In this document: positions 47,228-56,511 of the stretch, piece after piece
How positions within the stretch are numbered: the first letter of the stretch is position 1
Layout: each line of letters opens with the position of its first letter
Sequence record: OP045498.1
Strand: one strand, 5' to 3'
DNA from: Klebsiella phage 150049
Length of the DNA: 64,000 nt
Translations under genes and position numbers: made by a program
The notes under the pieces: generated by a model
What the model was told of the DNA's origin: nothing
Database searches by the model: none
What the model saw: the letters and a program-made list of their open reading frames with translations, nothing else

Positions 47228-47883
47228 TAATTAAAACCCTTACTATTAGTCAGATCAACAAGAGCTTCCATAACAGCATCAGCTAAGCTCTCATTCCTAC
47301 TAGATGGTGTACTCAAATGAATAGTGTATGAGTTCCTAGAAACTCCAGAGTCCTCGAACTGTTTCTGTGCTATCTCTTGGAACTTCTCGGTAGATCCCGT
47401 ACCACCATCTGCAATCTTTAGAGCATCAATTTTAGTACCGATTACCATTCCATTAGCTAGAATGGGTTCTCCACTAGCTTCCCCAAACTTATATGATTGC
47501 GTATTACTTACCACGCCACCACAAGGAACATTGTGCATATCCGACATTAATCTTTTATCAGAATTAGTCAGTGCAGTAATATGCCAAGGGTCATTACGAG
47601 GAATAGTTGTAGTACTCGGGCGATTCACTTCAGTCTTCACGAGTTTGTATCCTGCATCGATCAGTGCATTAATCAGATTATCAGCCGGGATGCGAGCTGT
47701 GCCAAAGATCTTACGAGCATTCATGAGCTTAGCCTGAAACTCTTTGCAAGCCTGAAGATCAATGTGCAAAAACGACAGTTGCATAGATTTAAACTGTACT
47801 GTAGCAGTCAGATCTTTAAAGCTGTAATCCCATGTGTCGAGTTCATGATCTGCAACTACTTTAATGGTTTGTTGTGTAAACAT
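47227..47883 (-). CDS. Hypothetical early protein, 218 aa
   Basis: Coupled ORF. Confidence 0.5.
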   Translation of the reverse strand: MFTQQTIKVVADHELDTWDYSFKDLTATVQFKSMQLSFLHIDLQACKEFQAKLMNARKIFGTARIPADNLINALIDAGYKLVKTEVNRPSTTTIPRNDPWHITALTNSDKRLMSDMHNVPCGGVVSNTQSYKFGEASGEPILANGMVIGTKIDALKIADGGTGSTEKFQEIAQKQFEDSGVSRNSYTIHLSTPSSRNESLADAVMEALVDLTNSKGFN

Positions 47884-48068
47884 TATCTATTCTCCAGTTT
47901 ATCTAACAGCTTACGAGCTGCGATATTATGTTGTTTAATTTCTCGGTTAAGAATCTGATTCTCACTATCTAATTCTAGATTCTTAACATTGAGGCGACTA
48001 CATACAATTATCAAGCCTAGAATAGTTAAGAGTGAGCCGCCTAGTAGTACAAGAAGTAATGTTTCCAT
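47883..48068 (-). CDS. Small membrane protein, 61 aa
   Basis: Single TM (LLLVLLGGSLLTILGLIIV) plus coiled-coil tail. Confidence 0.45.
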   Translation of the reverse strand: METLLLVLLGGSLLTILGLIIVCSRLNVKNLELDSENQILNREIKQHNIAARKLLDKLENR

Positions 48069-48301
48069 TATTTGATTCCCATGTAACGTTTAAGATATAC
48101 TATGAAGTCTTCTGCTGTATGTTCTAGGCTACCTTGGGCCACGAATAGCTTGAGAGATTCACGTTGTAATTTAAGAGTAGCCACCTCTCCACGTAACTTT
48201 GTTAGATCCTCTGCTAATTCTCTGGCTCTACGCATAATAACGAAAGATACGAGTATTACTATGAATAACATAACTACTAAGACGCTTGCTACAATTTCCA
48301 T
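48068..48301 (-). CDS. Small membrane protein, 77 aa
   Basis: Single TM (VLVVMLFIVILVSFVIM) plus coiled-coil tail. A paralogous architecture to the preceding ORF. Confidence 0.45.
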   Translation of the reverse strand: MEIVASVLVVMLFIVILVSFVIMRRARELAEDLTKLRGEVATLKLQRESLKLFVAQGSLEHTAEDFIVYLKRYMGIK

Positions 48302-48588
48302 TAGTTACTCCAAATTAACATCCAACTCTTATCAAAATTAGATGCTCTATTAATTAATTCGCCCATAGAAACATTATTGTCGTCTATGGCTTCTTGTACA
48401 AACTCTTTACCAAAATCATCTAATAAGTATTCTGTATCATTTATAATAATCTTATAGAGGGTTGGGACTAAAGGATGTTGATGATTAAGTGGATTCTCAT
48501 TAACAGTTATCTCATGCCTTCCCCACGTCGTCTTGAACAGTTTGTGGGATAGTAGAGCTAAGGGGTTTGACCAGACTACGTACTCCAT
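48301..48588 (-). CDS. Hypothetical early protein, 95 aa
   Basis: ORF. Confidence 0.4.
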   Translation of the reverse strand: MEYVVWSNPLALLSHKLFKTTWGRHEITVNENPLNHQHPLVPTLYKIIINDTEYLLDDFGKEFVQEAIDDNNVSMGELINRASNFDKSWMLIWSN

Positions 48589-49054
48589 CTTTCTTTAACT
48601 CCTGTTTTAACTTTTGATCTTTATTATACCAAATTATATGCTCACCGTCAACTACAAATTTGTGGAAAGGTGCTGGTACGGTGTACACTCCATATTCTGT
48701 TAAGCGTGTCACAACTTTATGAGCACATAATCGGCAACCGTGTCCTTCTAAGTGAGACCGTGCAGTTTGCAAGAAGTAGCCATCATGATCTGGGCAATAG
48801 ATCTCAACCTGCTGCTGCATAGTTCTATACTTAACTCTTTCATATCCAAAGAACTTACCATGTGCTTCTACAGCTCTCCTGATAAAGATAAGATTAAGTG
48901 CATCTTGCTGGAAGTCTGGATGAAGTTGTTTGAGCTTAGTTCTATTAATAGATCCATCTGATTTAGTGAATCTATTTATGGGGAATTGTAATGCTTCCTC
49001 ATAAAGTAATTCGTTTATTTTATCTCTCATAGTATACACGAAAGGCCAGAACAA
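48512..49054 (-). CDS. Hypothetical early protein, 180 aa, with Cys/His cluster (CPDHDGY...HGCRLCAH)
   Basis: ORF. Possible zinc-binding motif. Confidence 0.45.
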   Translation of the reverse strand: MFWPFVYTMRDKINELLYEEALQFPINRFTKSDGSINRTKLKQLHPDFQQDALNLIFIRRAVEAHGKFFGYERVKYRTMQQQVEIYCPDHDGYFLQTARSHLEGHGCRLCAHKVVTRLTEYGVYTVPAPFHKFVVDGEHIIWYNKDQKLKQELKKDGVRSLVKPLSSTIPQTVQDDVGKA

Positions 49055-49074
49055 TTAAGTCCTGGCCTCTAGGA

Positions 49075-49524
49075 TTAGTGAAGTTGCTTGCCGTTTAAGG
49101 CCATATCAGCAGTTTCCAGAAGAGATTCAGTAATCTCACGAGAAACTAGATATTCATCAATTGAGTGGCGGCGTTTATAGGCATAAGCATTAACAATCAG
49201 ATCTAGAGCACCGAGAACATCATGAACAGTTACTTCTTCATCATTATCTAGCTCTTCTTGGGTAATCTCGATTAACTGGCCAACTGCCATTAAAAGCCCA
49301 AGAATATCTGCTGTTTCACCTGCCACCAGCGGATTAGCACATCCTACTGTAAGATCGAAAGCATGATTGACAATTGACTGCCCATCAACGCTTCCTTCCT
49401 CAATCTGCTTCTCCAACTGCTTCATCTGCTCTAGCACTGGATTTTTCTTTTGTGTCATGGTAAAGATTTCCTGTATCAGTTGGAAGGAATGCCGACTGTG
49501 CTTTCGGCGGATGTTGTTTAGCAA
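49075..49524 (-). CDS. Hypothetical early protein, 149 aa
   Basis: ORF. Overlaps the upstream ORF, so the true start may be internal. Confidence 0.4.
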   Translation of the reverse strand: MLNNIRRKHSRHSFQLIQEIFTMTQKKNPVLEQMKQLEKQIEEGSVDGQSIVNHAFDLTVGCANPLVAGETADILGLLMAVGQLIEITQEELDNDEEVTVHDVLGALDLIVNAYAYKRRHSIDEYLVSREITESLLETADMALNGKQLH

Positions 49525-49867
49525 TCCAGTTGAGGATCAGTACACGGCTAGGAACGATATCGGTGTTATACCAGAAGTCATGAATCCAATGTCGTGCATC
49601 TTCGAACTTACCGAACTTATACGCTTTCTTAAACAGTTCAAAACCAAAACAATCAGGTGCAAAATCTACATCACGATAAGGAATTACCTTAGAACCGGTG
49701 AGATCTTGAATCGCTGCATTAATCTCTGTATGCGAGAACTTCGTCTCATGGAAAGTATTAAAGAAGCGGTAATTAAAACGTCCGTTCGTTTCGACAAACA
49801 ACTGGATGAATAGATCATTAAATTGGCCATCAAACCAGTAATTCTGTAATCTTTGCAGTGCTGTCAT
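49400..49867 (-). CDS. Hypothetical early protein, 155 aa
   Basis: ORF. Confidence 0.4.
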   Translation of the reverse strand: MTALQRLQNYWFDGQFNDLFIQLFVETNGRFNYRFFNTFHETKFSHTEINAAIQDLTGSKVIPYRDVDFAPDCFGFELFKKAYKFGKFEDARHWIHDFWYNTDIVPSRVLILNWIAKQHPPKAQSAFLPTDTGNLYHDTKEKSSARADEAVGEAD

Positions 49868-50064
49868 TTACGAACTCCATTTATTGCTGCGATAACGCCT
49901 TCATACATGAAAGGAAGAACTTGTGAAATGTGGAAATCTTGAACTGTCCAACCAGCTTCTTGATACATAATGTTAATGATTGCACAACTTAACATAAAAG
50001 CTGGTAAAATTATAAAATACTCCCAAATGGATTGGGAGAGCTTAGAACTAAGAAGTCTTAGCAT
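49864..50064 (-). CDS. Small membrane protein, 66 aa
   Basis: Hydrophobic ORF. Confidence 0.4.
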   Translation of the reverse strand: MLRLLSSKLSQSIWEYFIILPAFMLSCAIINIMYQEAGWTVQDFHISQVLPFMYEGVIAAINGVRK

Positions 50065-50163
50065 TGTTTTTAAGTCTCCGTATTACTTTGGCCTGCTCAA
50101 CGATTATGAAAACGGCAACCACTAAACCGAAGATTAGGATTGCCGTAACAGTTGTTAAATCAA

Positions 50164-50496
50164 TCAAGGTAGACGCCAAACGTAATGGGCTGTCCAAAGT
50201 GTTTCTGGTTCATCGTCATGATGCATCACTAAGGACTCTGGAGAATAACTATTAGCTAGTTCTTTACGAACCATCTCACGTTCTTCACCAGTTTCAATAT
50301 TTTTAACAATCACTTTCATATTAAGAGGAGTTAACTCAGAAAGCGGTCGCCATAAGTCTTCCAGATCTGTTTTAGTTTTATTCTGGATAGATTGAAGGAC
50401 TTCTAGTGTCTGGGGGTCTACGTTAATAAACCCACGTTCAGTAACAAAACCTAGAAACTCGTCCAGCAGGGTTAATTCACTAAAATTAAGCTTCAT
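50164..50496 (-). CDS. Hypothetical early protein, 110 aa
   Basis: ORF. Confidence 0.4.
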   Translation of the reverse strand: MKLNFSELTLLDEFLGFVTERGFINVDPQTLEVLQSIQNKTKTDLEDLWRPLSELTPLNMKVIVKNIETGEEREMVRKELANSYSPESLVMHHDDEPETLWTAHYVWRLP

Positions 50497-50731
50497 CTTT
50501 CAGAATGTCCTCGATCAGGTCAGAAGATTGCTGTAGTTCGTCTACAATGCGTTTTACGTCAGTTTTTGTCACTTTACCTGCCAACATCGTGAACAACATA
50601 GCAACAATGATGATAGGAACTGGCAGAACAAATAGTGCTACTTTACCAACGTTCTTTGGAGTCCAGGTGTGATACTTAGTAACCAGAACACCAATAATAA
50701 CCAGATAAAAAGCTAAGATAATTAACATCAT
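50486..50731 (-). CDS. Small membrane protein, 81 aa (2 TM)
   Basis: Hydrophobic ORF. Confidence 0.45.
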   Translation of the reverse strand: MMLIILAFYLVIIGVLVTKYHTWTPKNVGKVALFVLPVPIIIVAMLFTMLAGKVTKTDVKRIVDELQQSSDLIEDILKDEA

Positions 50732-51009
50732 TTCTTAATCTCCGTGATTACCTGAGCGCGCAGGACTTTAATAGGAAGTTTAGTGTTACCAACAAGAGCT
50801 TCAACATTCTTTAGCTTTTCTTTAAGAAGATCTGAACGTCTTTGCGTGTCTTCGATATCTTTTTCAGCAGCTATATATTTTTCCCAAAGCGCATTATTGG
50901 TGGCCTTCATTGCTTCCATATTTTTATTAGCATTAAGAATGCCAATGATTCCACCAATTGCTGCTAAAGTCGTGAGAACCAGCAATCCAATTAAAATTTC
51001 TGTAATCAT
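50728..51009 (-). CDS. Small membrane-anchored coiled-coil protein, 93 aa
   Basis: N-terminal TM plus coiled coil. Confidence 0.45.
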   Translation of the reverse strand: MITEILIGLLVLTTLAAIGGIIGILNANKNMEAMKATNNALWEKYIAAEKDIEDTQRRSDLLKEKLKNVEALVGNTKLPIKVLRAQVITEIKK

Positions 51010-51404
51010 TTAAATACTCCGTTGCCACATTCAATATATGGGCTTATAGTTCTATAAAACGTGATTTTTTCTAAAGATTGGTCTATTGATTTACAAAATC
51101 TTTTGGCCTCTTCAATTTGATGCTTTATTTCTTCCAAGTCTTTCATAACGTGTGCATCTTTTACTTCAGCACCGGAATATTTTGAGAGAGCTATATCAAA
51201 CTCTGCTTGATTAAGCACAAGGTTTGCTTCTGCGAGCATTTTATTACGTTTTGCTTGTTCTTTGATTTCCGGGCTAATGTACACTTGTTCAAGAGCTTCT
51301 TTCTTCTCATGCTGATTAAGCATGAAGTCACTAACACCGAGTGTGATAGCTAGAGAGACTAGGGCATTCAGCCCTAGTACAAGTAAGAATTTTCCATTAG
51401 TCAT
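51006..51404 (-). CDS. Membrane-anchored protein, 132 aa
   Basis: N-terminal TM (FLLVLGLNALVSLAITLGV). Confidence 0.45.
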   Translation of the reverse strand: MTNGKFLLVLGLNALVSLAITLGVSDFMLNQHEKKEALEQVYISPEIKEQAKRNKMLAEANLVLNQAEFDIALSKYSGAEVKDAHVMKDLEEIKHQIEEAKRFCKSIDQSLEKITFYRTISPYIECGNGVFK

Positions 51405-51673
51405 TATTTCTTACCTTTCAGTTGCTTAACTTCACGCTCAAAAGATGCTGCACGACGTTCGGCAGTTGCTTGATGCTCTTTCGCAAAACGTGCTTCCTGT
51501 TTTGCGAGGTTGAATGCCATAGCATTCTTGTTCAGAGAATCGTACATCTTTTTCATTGCCGGAATAGACATCTTCATGAGCTGACCTTCAAAACCCTGCA
51601 TATCGAGGAGAATTGCCAGAACGTTAGCCATTTCAGTTTTAGTCATGTTTTCCATTAGAATTTCCTCTCTCAT
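51404..51673 (-). CDS. Hypothetical early protein, 89 aa
   Basis: ORF immediately downstream of an early promoter cassette (-10 at 51688-51693). Confidence 0.5.
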   Translation of the reverse strand: MREEILMENMTKTEMANVLAILLDMQGFEGQLMKMSIPAMKKMYDSLNKNAMAFNLAKQEARFAKEHQATAERRAASFEREVKQLKGKK

Positions 51674-51733
51674 TAATTTATGAACTTATTATACAGAATT
51701 TTAAAGCTAAAAGCAACTGAATTTTTTATTTAC

Positions 51734-52165
51734 TTACCAATCGTTAACGAAACCTGAGAACTCAGAAGCAAATACTAACTCAAATTTCTCAGCAATTTCA
51801 GGATGATCCTTACAGATCAGTTCAATGCACTTCTCAGGTTCCATACCATCTTCTTCAGGATCACCGTAATACTTGTCCCAAAGATCATCAGGAATAACTT
51901 GCTCAGCTAGATCTTGGAAGTTCACTAACTGATAGCGTGGAGTATCCTCATTAATAAAGATCTCATGCAATTCCTCAGATACTTCTCCTTTATAATCGGA
52001 AATTAGCAGAGCATTGCAAGCAAAACATTCCCACATCATCAAACGCTCAGAAATCGGGTTCGATTTGTCTTGAACATAGGACTGAAAGACTGCCTTAAAA
52101 GTAGCTTTAACTTGCTCAAACTTATCTGCTGTTGCGATTAAAAGTGCTTTATCAATCTTTTGCAT
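51734..52165 (-). CDS. Hypothetical acidic early protein, 143 aa
   Basis: ORF downstream of an early promoter cassette (-10 at 52196-52201). Confidence 0.5.
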   Translation of the reverse strand: MQKIDKALLIATADKFEQVKATFKAVFQSYVQDKSNPISERLMMWECFACNALLISDYKGEVSEELHEIFINEDTPRYQLVNFQDLAEQVIPDDLWDKYYGDPEEDGMEPEKCIELICKDHPEIAEKFELVFASEFSGFVNDW

Positions 52166-52326
52166 TTTGATTCCTTCTCATCAATTTATAAAGTAATTAT
52201 ACAGAAAACTAAGCATTTTAGCAACTGAATTTTTATAATAAAAGGCCTAAGCCTAGGCCTATAAAGAAAGAGATAAGAACTACTATCCCTATTGCTATAA
52301 ATATCTCACGAGCCATGCCATCAAAA

Positions 52327-52917
52327 TCAAACATTGATATCTCCCCTCAATACCGCTACCACATCTTCATCGATTTGGAGTACTTCACCAGTAGTGCAGT
52401 TAACCACTTTATCATAGCTTGTGAACTTGCCAGACACAATATCCTCTAAAGGAATAGGAGTCTTGCTCATCTCAAAAGAGACGTTGATATAACGTGGGTC
52501 ACGCACAGAATTGGTGTGCACATGTCCGTGAATGTTCAGCTTACCACGAAGTTCCTCTGGGTGTAAAGGACAGTGAGACAGCCAGAACTTCTTGCCACCA
52601 CCTGTTTGCTTACCTAGAGCCTGAATATCGTCATAAACGTCTACAAGATCTTTAATACGTAGACCCTGACGCTCTGCATCGTGGTTTCCCATAATTAGCT
52701 GGTTAGGCACGTTGTGGATAACCGACTTCAACTTGGCCAACCCTTCTCGCCCCACGGCACTATCTCCTAGCAGCACAAGTTTTGTACGCTTGCCAATGTG
52801 CTTGGACAAAGTATCTAGGATATACTCATCGTGCTCTTTCATGTTCTTAAACCAGGGGCGAAAACGAAGAATCCCTGGGTGGTCTAAGTGGAGTTCACTC
52901 CAGAATTTAACTTTCAT
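52327..52917 (-). CDS. Calcineurin-like metallophosphoesterase, 196 aa
   Basis: Motifs GDSAVG...GNHD...GHVH. Confidence 0.7.
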   Translation of the reverse strand: MKVKFWSELHLDHPGILRFRPWFKNMKEHDEYILDTLSKHIGKRTKLVLLGDSAVGREGLAKLKSVIHNVPNQLIMGNHDAERQGLRIKDLVDVYDDIQALGKQTGGGKKFWLSHCPLHPEELRGKLNIHGHVHTNSVRDPRYINVSFEMSKTPIPLEDIVSGKFTSYDKVVNCTTGEVLQIDEDVVAVLRGDINV

Positions 52918-53123
52918 TATTTATCCCTTACACATGTGGATGTAATAGTATAACTATCGTAGAATATACCTTTTGTGAGTCCAATTTGAATACTGGAATA
53001 ATCTAGCTCACCTCCAGCTACATCACATAAGTGTTTTGTATCTTCTGCAGTAAATCTCATATTATCATCGTAGGAATCACATCCAGCTAGTATTAGTACT
53101 GATAATAGTAGTAATCTCTTCAT
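52917..53123 (-). CDS. Small lipoprotein, 68 aa
   Basis: Signal peptide plus lipobox LAGC (MKRLLLLSVLILAGCDS). Confidence 0.55.
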   Translation of the reverse strand: MKRLLLLSVLILAGCDSYDDNMRFTAEDTKHLCDVAGGELDYSSIQIGLTKGIFYDSYTITSTCVRDK

Positions 53124-53491
53124 TACAGAACTTCCTCCGCATATTTATTCCAACCCTGACAATAACTACTAATACCACGAAGTTTGAATATTTCATCATA
53201 AACCTCATGGTGCTCTTTCGCTTCTTGATATCCTTTGTCAAGTTCTTCCTGTCGTGCTTGCTCAAAACCAACACGATTCTCTAGCATTTTCCAGACTTCT
53301 TCGTACTCTGGCCAATCATGCTCTACCACGACGGTTTTGAGATCTTCTTTACCACGTTGTGCTCGACTATACCATAGTTTGGACAAGATATGTTCCAAAG
53401 TGGTAAAGTTACTTTGAGTGATATGCCCTAATTCTAGGGCTTTCTCAATATCAGACAGCTTTATAACTACATAACGTTCTTCACGTTCCAT
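53123..53491 (-). CDS. Hypothetical early protein, 122 aa
   Basis: ORF. Confidence 0.45.
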   Translation of the reverse strand: MEREERYVVIKLSDIEKALELGHITQSNFTTLEHILSKLWYSRAQRGKEDLKTVVVEHDWPEYEEVWKMLENRVGFEQARQEELDKGYQEAKEHHEVYDEIFKLRGISSYCQGWNKYAEEVL

Positions 53492-54369
53492 TATAGAATC
53501 CTCTGTACACCACAGCTATCATCTTTGTCAGTGGTAAATGTCATAATCTTACCAGCTTCATCATTAACTTGCGCAACCGTCAACTGCCCGTTGAAAACAC
53601 CGCCAGTATCGAGATAAACACGGTTCTTGTACAGAATTGGGTAAGGAACACCAGTGTGTCCGTGGAATACGAAATCCACACTCTCAACTTCTGGTACTTC
53701 CACAGTCAATTCATCTTTAAATCCTGCATAACGCTGGAAGTATGGATGCTCCGCACCTTGTTTAGACAGATGAAAACCAATTTCTTGAATTACATCACGA
53801 TCCCATAGATACGGCTCAATGTAATAGCTAGGATGATCATTAGGATCATTTTCACTTGCAGCGATATGATCAATAATATCATCCCAATTAGGTGTATGTA
53901 CATCGAATCCAGCATCTTTATACTGAAACGGTATTCCGCCATGAACAACACCGTATTTCTTGCCACGATGGAGTACGGTCATGAATACAGGCATTTTAGC
54001 TGCCATATCTTCTGCGATACCTTTAATTGTATCGGTATCCAGATCATTCATTGCCCACATTCCACCATTATACATCCAGTTGGTATAATCCCCGGCAATC
54101 ATAAACTGATCATGGTTGCCACGAACGCTACGGAAGCGTGGGTTATATAAGAATTTGGCTAGAACCTGTAAGTTCTGCGGGCCACGGTCAATTAAGTCGC
54201 CAACACAGACAACATAGTCACGCTTTTCTTTATATCCTGCTAGTTTAAGAGCATCTTCCAGCATATCATTACAGCCGTGAATATCTCCTACGAAGAACAG
54301 GTTAACATCGTCTGGTACTACTAACATTTCGTGCAGGTTAAATTCTTTTTTCATTATCGAGTCATCCAA
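53491..54369 (-). CDS. Ser/Thr protein phosphatase (PPP family, lambda-PPase-like), 292 aa
   Basis: Motifs GDIHGC, GDLIDRG, GNHD, HGG. Confidence 0.85.
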   Translation of the reverse strand: MDDSIMKKEFNLHEMLVVPDDVNLFFVGDIHGCNDMLEDALKLAGYKEKRDYVVCVGDLIDRGPQNLQVLAKFLYNPRFRSVRGNHDQFMIAGDYTNWMYNGGMWAMNDLDTDTIKGIAEDMAAKMPVFMTVLHRGKKYGVVHGGIPFQYKDAGFDVHTPNWDDIIDHIAASENDPNDHPSYYIEPYLWDRDVIQEIGFHLSKQGAEHPYFQRYAGFKDELTVEVPEVESVDFVFHGHTGVPYPILYKNRVYLDTGGVFNGQLTVAQVNDEAGKIMTFTTDKDDSCGVQRIL

Positions 54370-54734
54370 TTAGTGTGTTTTTCAGCTTCTGTATCATTTG
54401 GCTCAAAGACAACGTGACAGTCTACTACTTCCCAGAAAGATTGACGGATGATAGCATTTTGTTCTGCAATATCCAATCCTTCCCATTCTTCAAGTGTTTC
54501 TAGATCTGTATCAACTTCGGTATCACAGCCCACCAGCCCCAAAGTAACAACAATAGTAACACGGCCTTCACGTTCTTCGGGATAAACTTCAGCATATTCC
54601 CAAGCAGCCTGTTCAACATAGTATTCTTGCTCCGATTTAGACAAAGAGTTATACTTTTCTTCTGTGATTCCCATCTCTACAGCACGAGTACCACAGACCA
54701 CGTTGTTATGTATTATAAGATATGCGTAATTCAA
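54354..54734 (-). CDS. Hypothetical acidic early protein, 126 aa (TTG start)
   Basis: Downstream of an early promoter cassette (-10 at 54766-54771, -35 at 54789-54794). SD GAGGGGAG. Confidence 0.45.
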   Translation of the reverse strand: MNYAYLIIHNNVVCGTRAVEMGITEEKYNSLSKSEQEYYVEQAAWEYAEVYPEEREGRVTIVVTLGLVGCDTEVDTDLETLEEWEGLDIAEQNAIIRQSFWEVVDCHVVFEPNDTEAEKHTNWMTR

Positions 54735-54836
54735 TGTGATACTCCCCTCATCAATTTATACATATATTATATCAAAATTTTTAGCAGAAAGCAAGTAATA
54801 AAAAACCCAGATCAGCTAAGATCTGGGTTAGATTTA

Positions 54837-55127
54837 TTAATCTTCTGGATTATCTTCCAGGAAGTTTTTGATTGCGTCATGCATAGTTTCTTTACGAAGT
54901 TGACGACCAATCAGAATGTGGTTGGCTTCCACACGACCATTAGGGAGACGATCTGCTAGAACTACTACAGGAACCTGACGAACGCCAAATTTCTGCATAA
55001 GTTCTGTGTTATCAGTCTCTTTATGAACTTCTAGACTGTAGTCCTGTACTACTTTATCGAATACAGGCTCGAAAAGTTTACAAGGATTGCAGGTAGATCC
55101 CTTCAGTAGATATACTAATTTACTCAT
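54837..55127 (-). CDS. Thioredoxin/glutaredoxin-like protein, 96 aa (CNPC active site)
   Basis: CxxC motif (TCNPC) and thioredoxin-fold spacing with VPVVV beta strand. Confidence 0.6.
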   Translation of the reverse strand: MSKLVYLLKGSTCNPCKLFEPVFDKVVQDYSLEVHKETDNTELMQKFGVRQVPVVVLADRLPNGRVEANHILIGRQLRKETMHDAIKNFLEDNPED

Positions 55128-55530
55128 GTTTATTAATGGCCTCCAAAAATGCCTTCATCACTTTAACAGTTGCAGTGCTAAGATCTAAGGTAGCACCTAA
55201 GCACTCAGATACAGCAGCCTGATAAGGGGCTTTTAGCCTGCCTTCCGGTACTTGTACTTTCTTATAGGTTTTCTTCTTGACTTTATCCAGCATCGTTTCA
55301 AGAACATTGAGAGGCAACTTCTGACCTTCAATATTCACGCCAAGCTCTTCCATTAGCATGGTATTTAAGTCAATACGAGTAAGTTTCTTGCCCTTGCTAG
55401 ACATACGAATTCCCGCCTTTTTCTCAAGTTTTGCACGCTCTGGTGAATCGAGGTCACGTAATGCGATGTTCAATTCATACGGAGCCATATTGTAATGGTT
55501 AGCCATCTGAGTATAGTAACGATCTGACAT
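55120..55530 (-). CDS. Hypothetical early protein, 136 aa
   Basis: Downstream of an early promoter cassette (-10 at 55564-55569). Confidence 0.5.
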   Translation of the reverse strand: MSDRYYTQMANHYNMAPYELNIALRDLDSPERAKLEKKAGIRMSSKGKKLTRIDLNTMLMEELGVNIEGQKLPLNVLETMLDKVKKKTYKKVQVPEGRLKAPYQAAVSECLGATLDLSTATVKVMKAFLEAINKHE

Positions 55531-55605
55531 TTGTGAAACTCCTCTGATTCAATTTATACAAATATTATATAAAAATTTCAGCGGAAAGTCAACTACTTTT
55601 TTATA

Positions 55606-56022
55606 TTAATGTGCTTGATGTGGGAATCTCTTCCTAACTAAGTACATAGTTATTGGATATATTGAATACATAAGTATAGGGGAGAAAAGGGTGAAATAAG
55701 CCGTGACTCCCCCAGCTAACATCAGTGGTATCAATGCTAGAGTAAGGGCCATAAGAATCATACCGAATGAGACAGCCAGGGCTACTGTGATGCAGTTCTC
55801 TAACTCCATCCAAAGCCAACAATATTTCGTATTCCTCTGGCAGTTGCATTTGCAAACGCCGAATGTGCCCATAATTATATACTCTAGCCCATGAACGACT
55901 TTCTTTAATGTATCATTTTGGGTAACTAGTGCGACAACAGTGAGAATTATCATTAATATGAAAACTACTAGGCTTATTTTCCATATTCCTAGTAATATCA
56001 TGGTGAATAGTTCTGCAAACAT
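55606..56022 (-). CDS. Polytopic membrane protein, 138 aa
   Basis: 3-4 predicted TM helices. Confidence 0.5.
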   Translation of the reverse strand: MFAELFTMILLGIWKISLVVFILMIILTVVALVTQNDTLKKVVHGLEYIIMGTFGVCKCNCQRNTKYCWLWMELENCITVALAVSFGMILMALTLALIPLMLAGGVTAYFTLFSPILMYSIYPITMYLVRKRFPHQAH

Positions 56023-56097
56023 GGCTTTCTCCTATCATTAAGTTTTTAAAGCCCCCTTTGCTTTAAAAGGCGGGAATTACCCCGCCTTGATTTATTA

Positions 56098-56511
56098 TCA
56101 GACTAATTCTACGTGACCACCGTCGTAAGTACCACGATCGATCTCATCATGATAATCACCAGAACTATTCCAGTCGGCACCAAAACGAAGTTTGACACCA
56201 AGTTCCTTACCAGCTTGTTCAAAAGCCTTCTTAACAGCCCAAAATGCTTCCAGATCTTTCCAATCAATCTTACCATTAATATATGGTGCAAAATCGATAG
56301 CGTCTCCCGTTACATGTTTACTCTTGCTAGGGTCTTTCAAAAATGAAGTACCATTAGCAATGTTTTGGGCACTTTGTGCTACTGTACGAATACCTTGTAC
56401 GATTGTGAAATCATACGGAGATAGTTCTAAAGCCCTACGAGCTACCTTTTGTAGCTCGGGCTTAACAGTTGCTAATTGTTTTTCGCTATTTTTACCAAAT
56501 TTAAAACTCAT
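56098..56511 (-). CDS. lys: Endolysin, L-alanyl-D-glutamate peptidase (T5 Lys-like), 137 aa
   Basis: 137 aa like T5 endolysin. Sequence MSFKFGKNSEKQLATVKPELQKV...HVTGDAIDF...GGHVELV matches my recollection of the T5 Lys sequence. Confidence 0.85.
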   Translation of the reverse strand: MSFKFGKNSEKQLATVKPELQKVARRALELSPYDFTIVQGIRTVAQSAQNIANGTSFLKDPSKSKHVTGDAIDFAPYINGKIDWKDLEAFWAVKKAFEQAGKELGVKLRFGADWNSSGDYHDEIDRGTYDGGHVELV

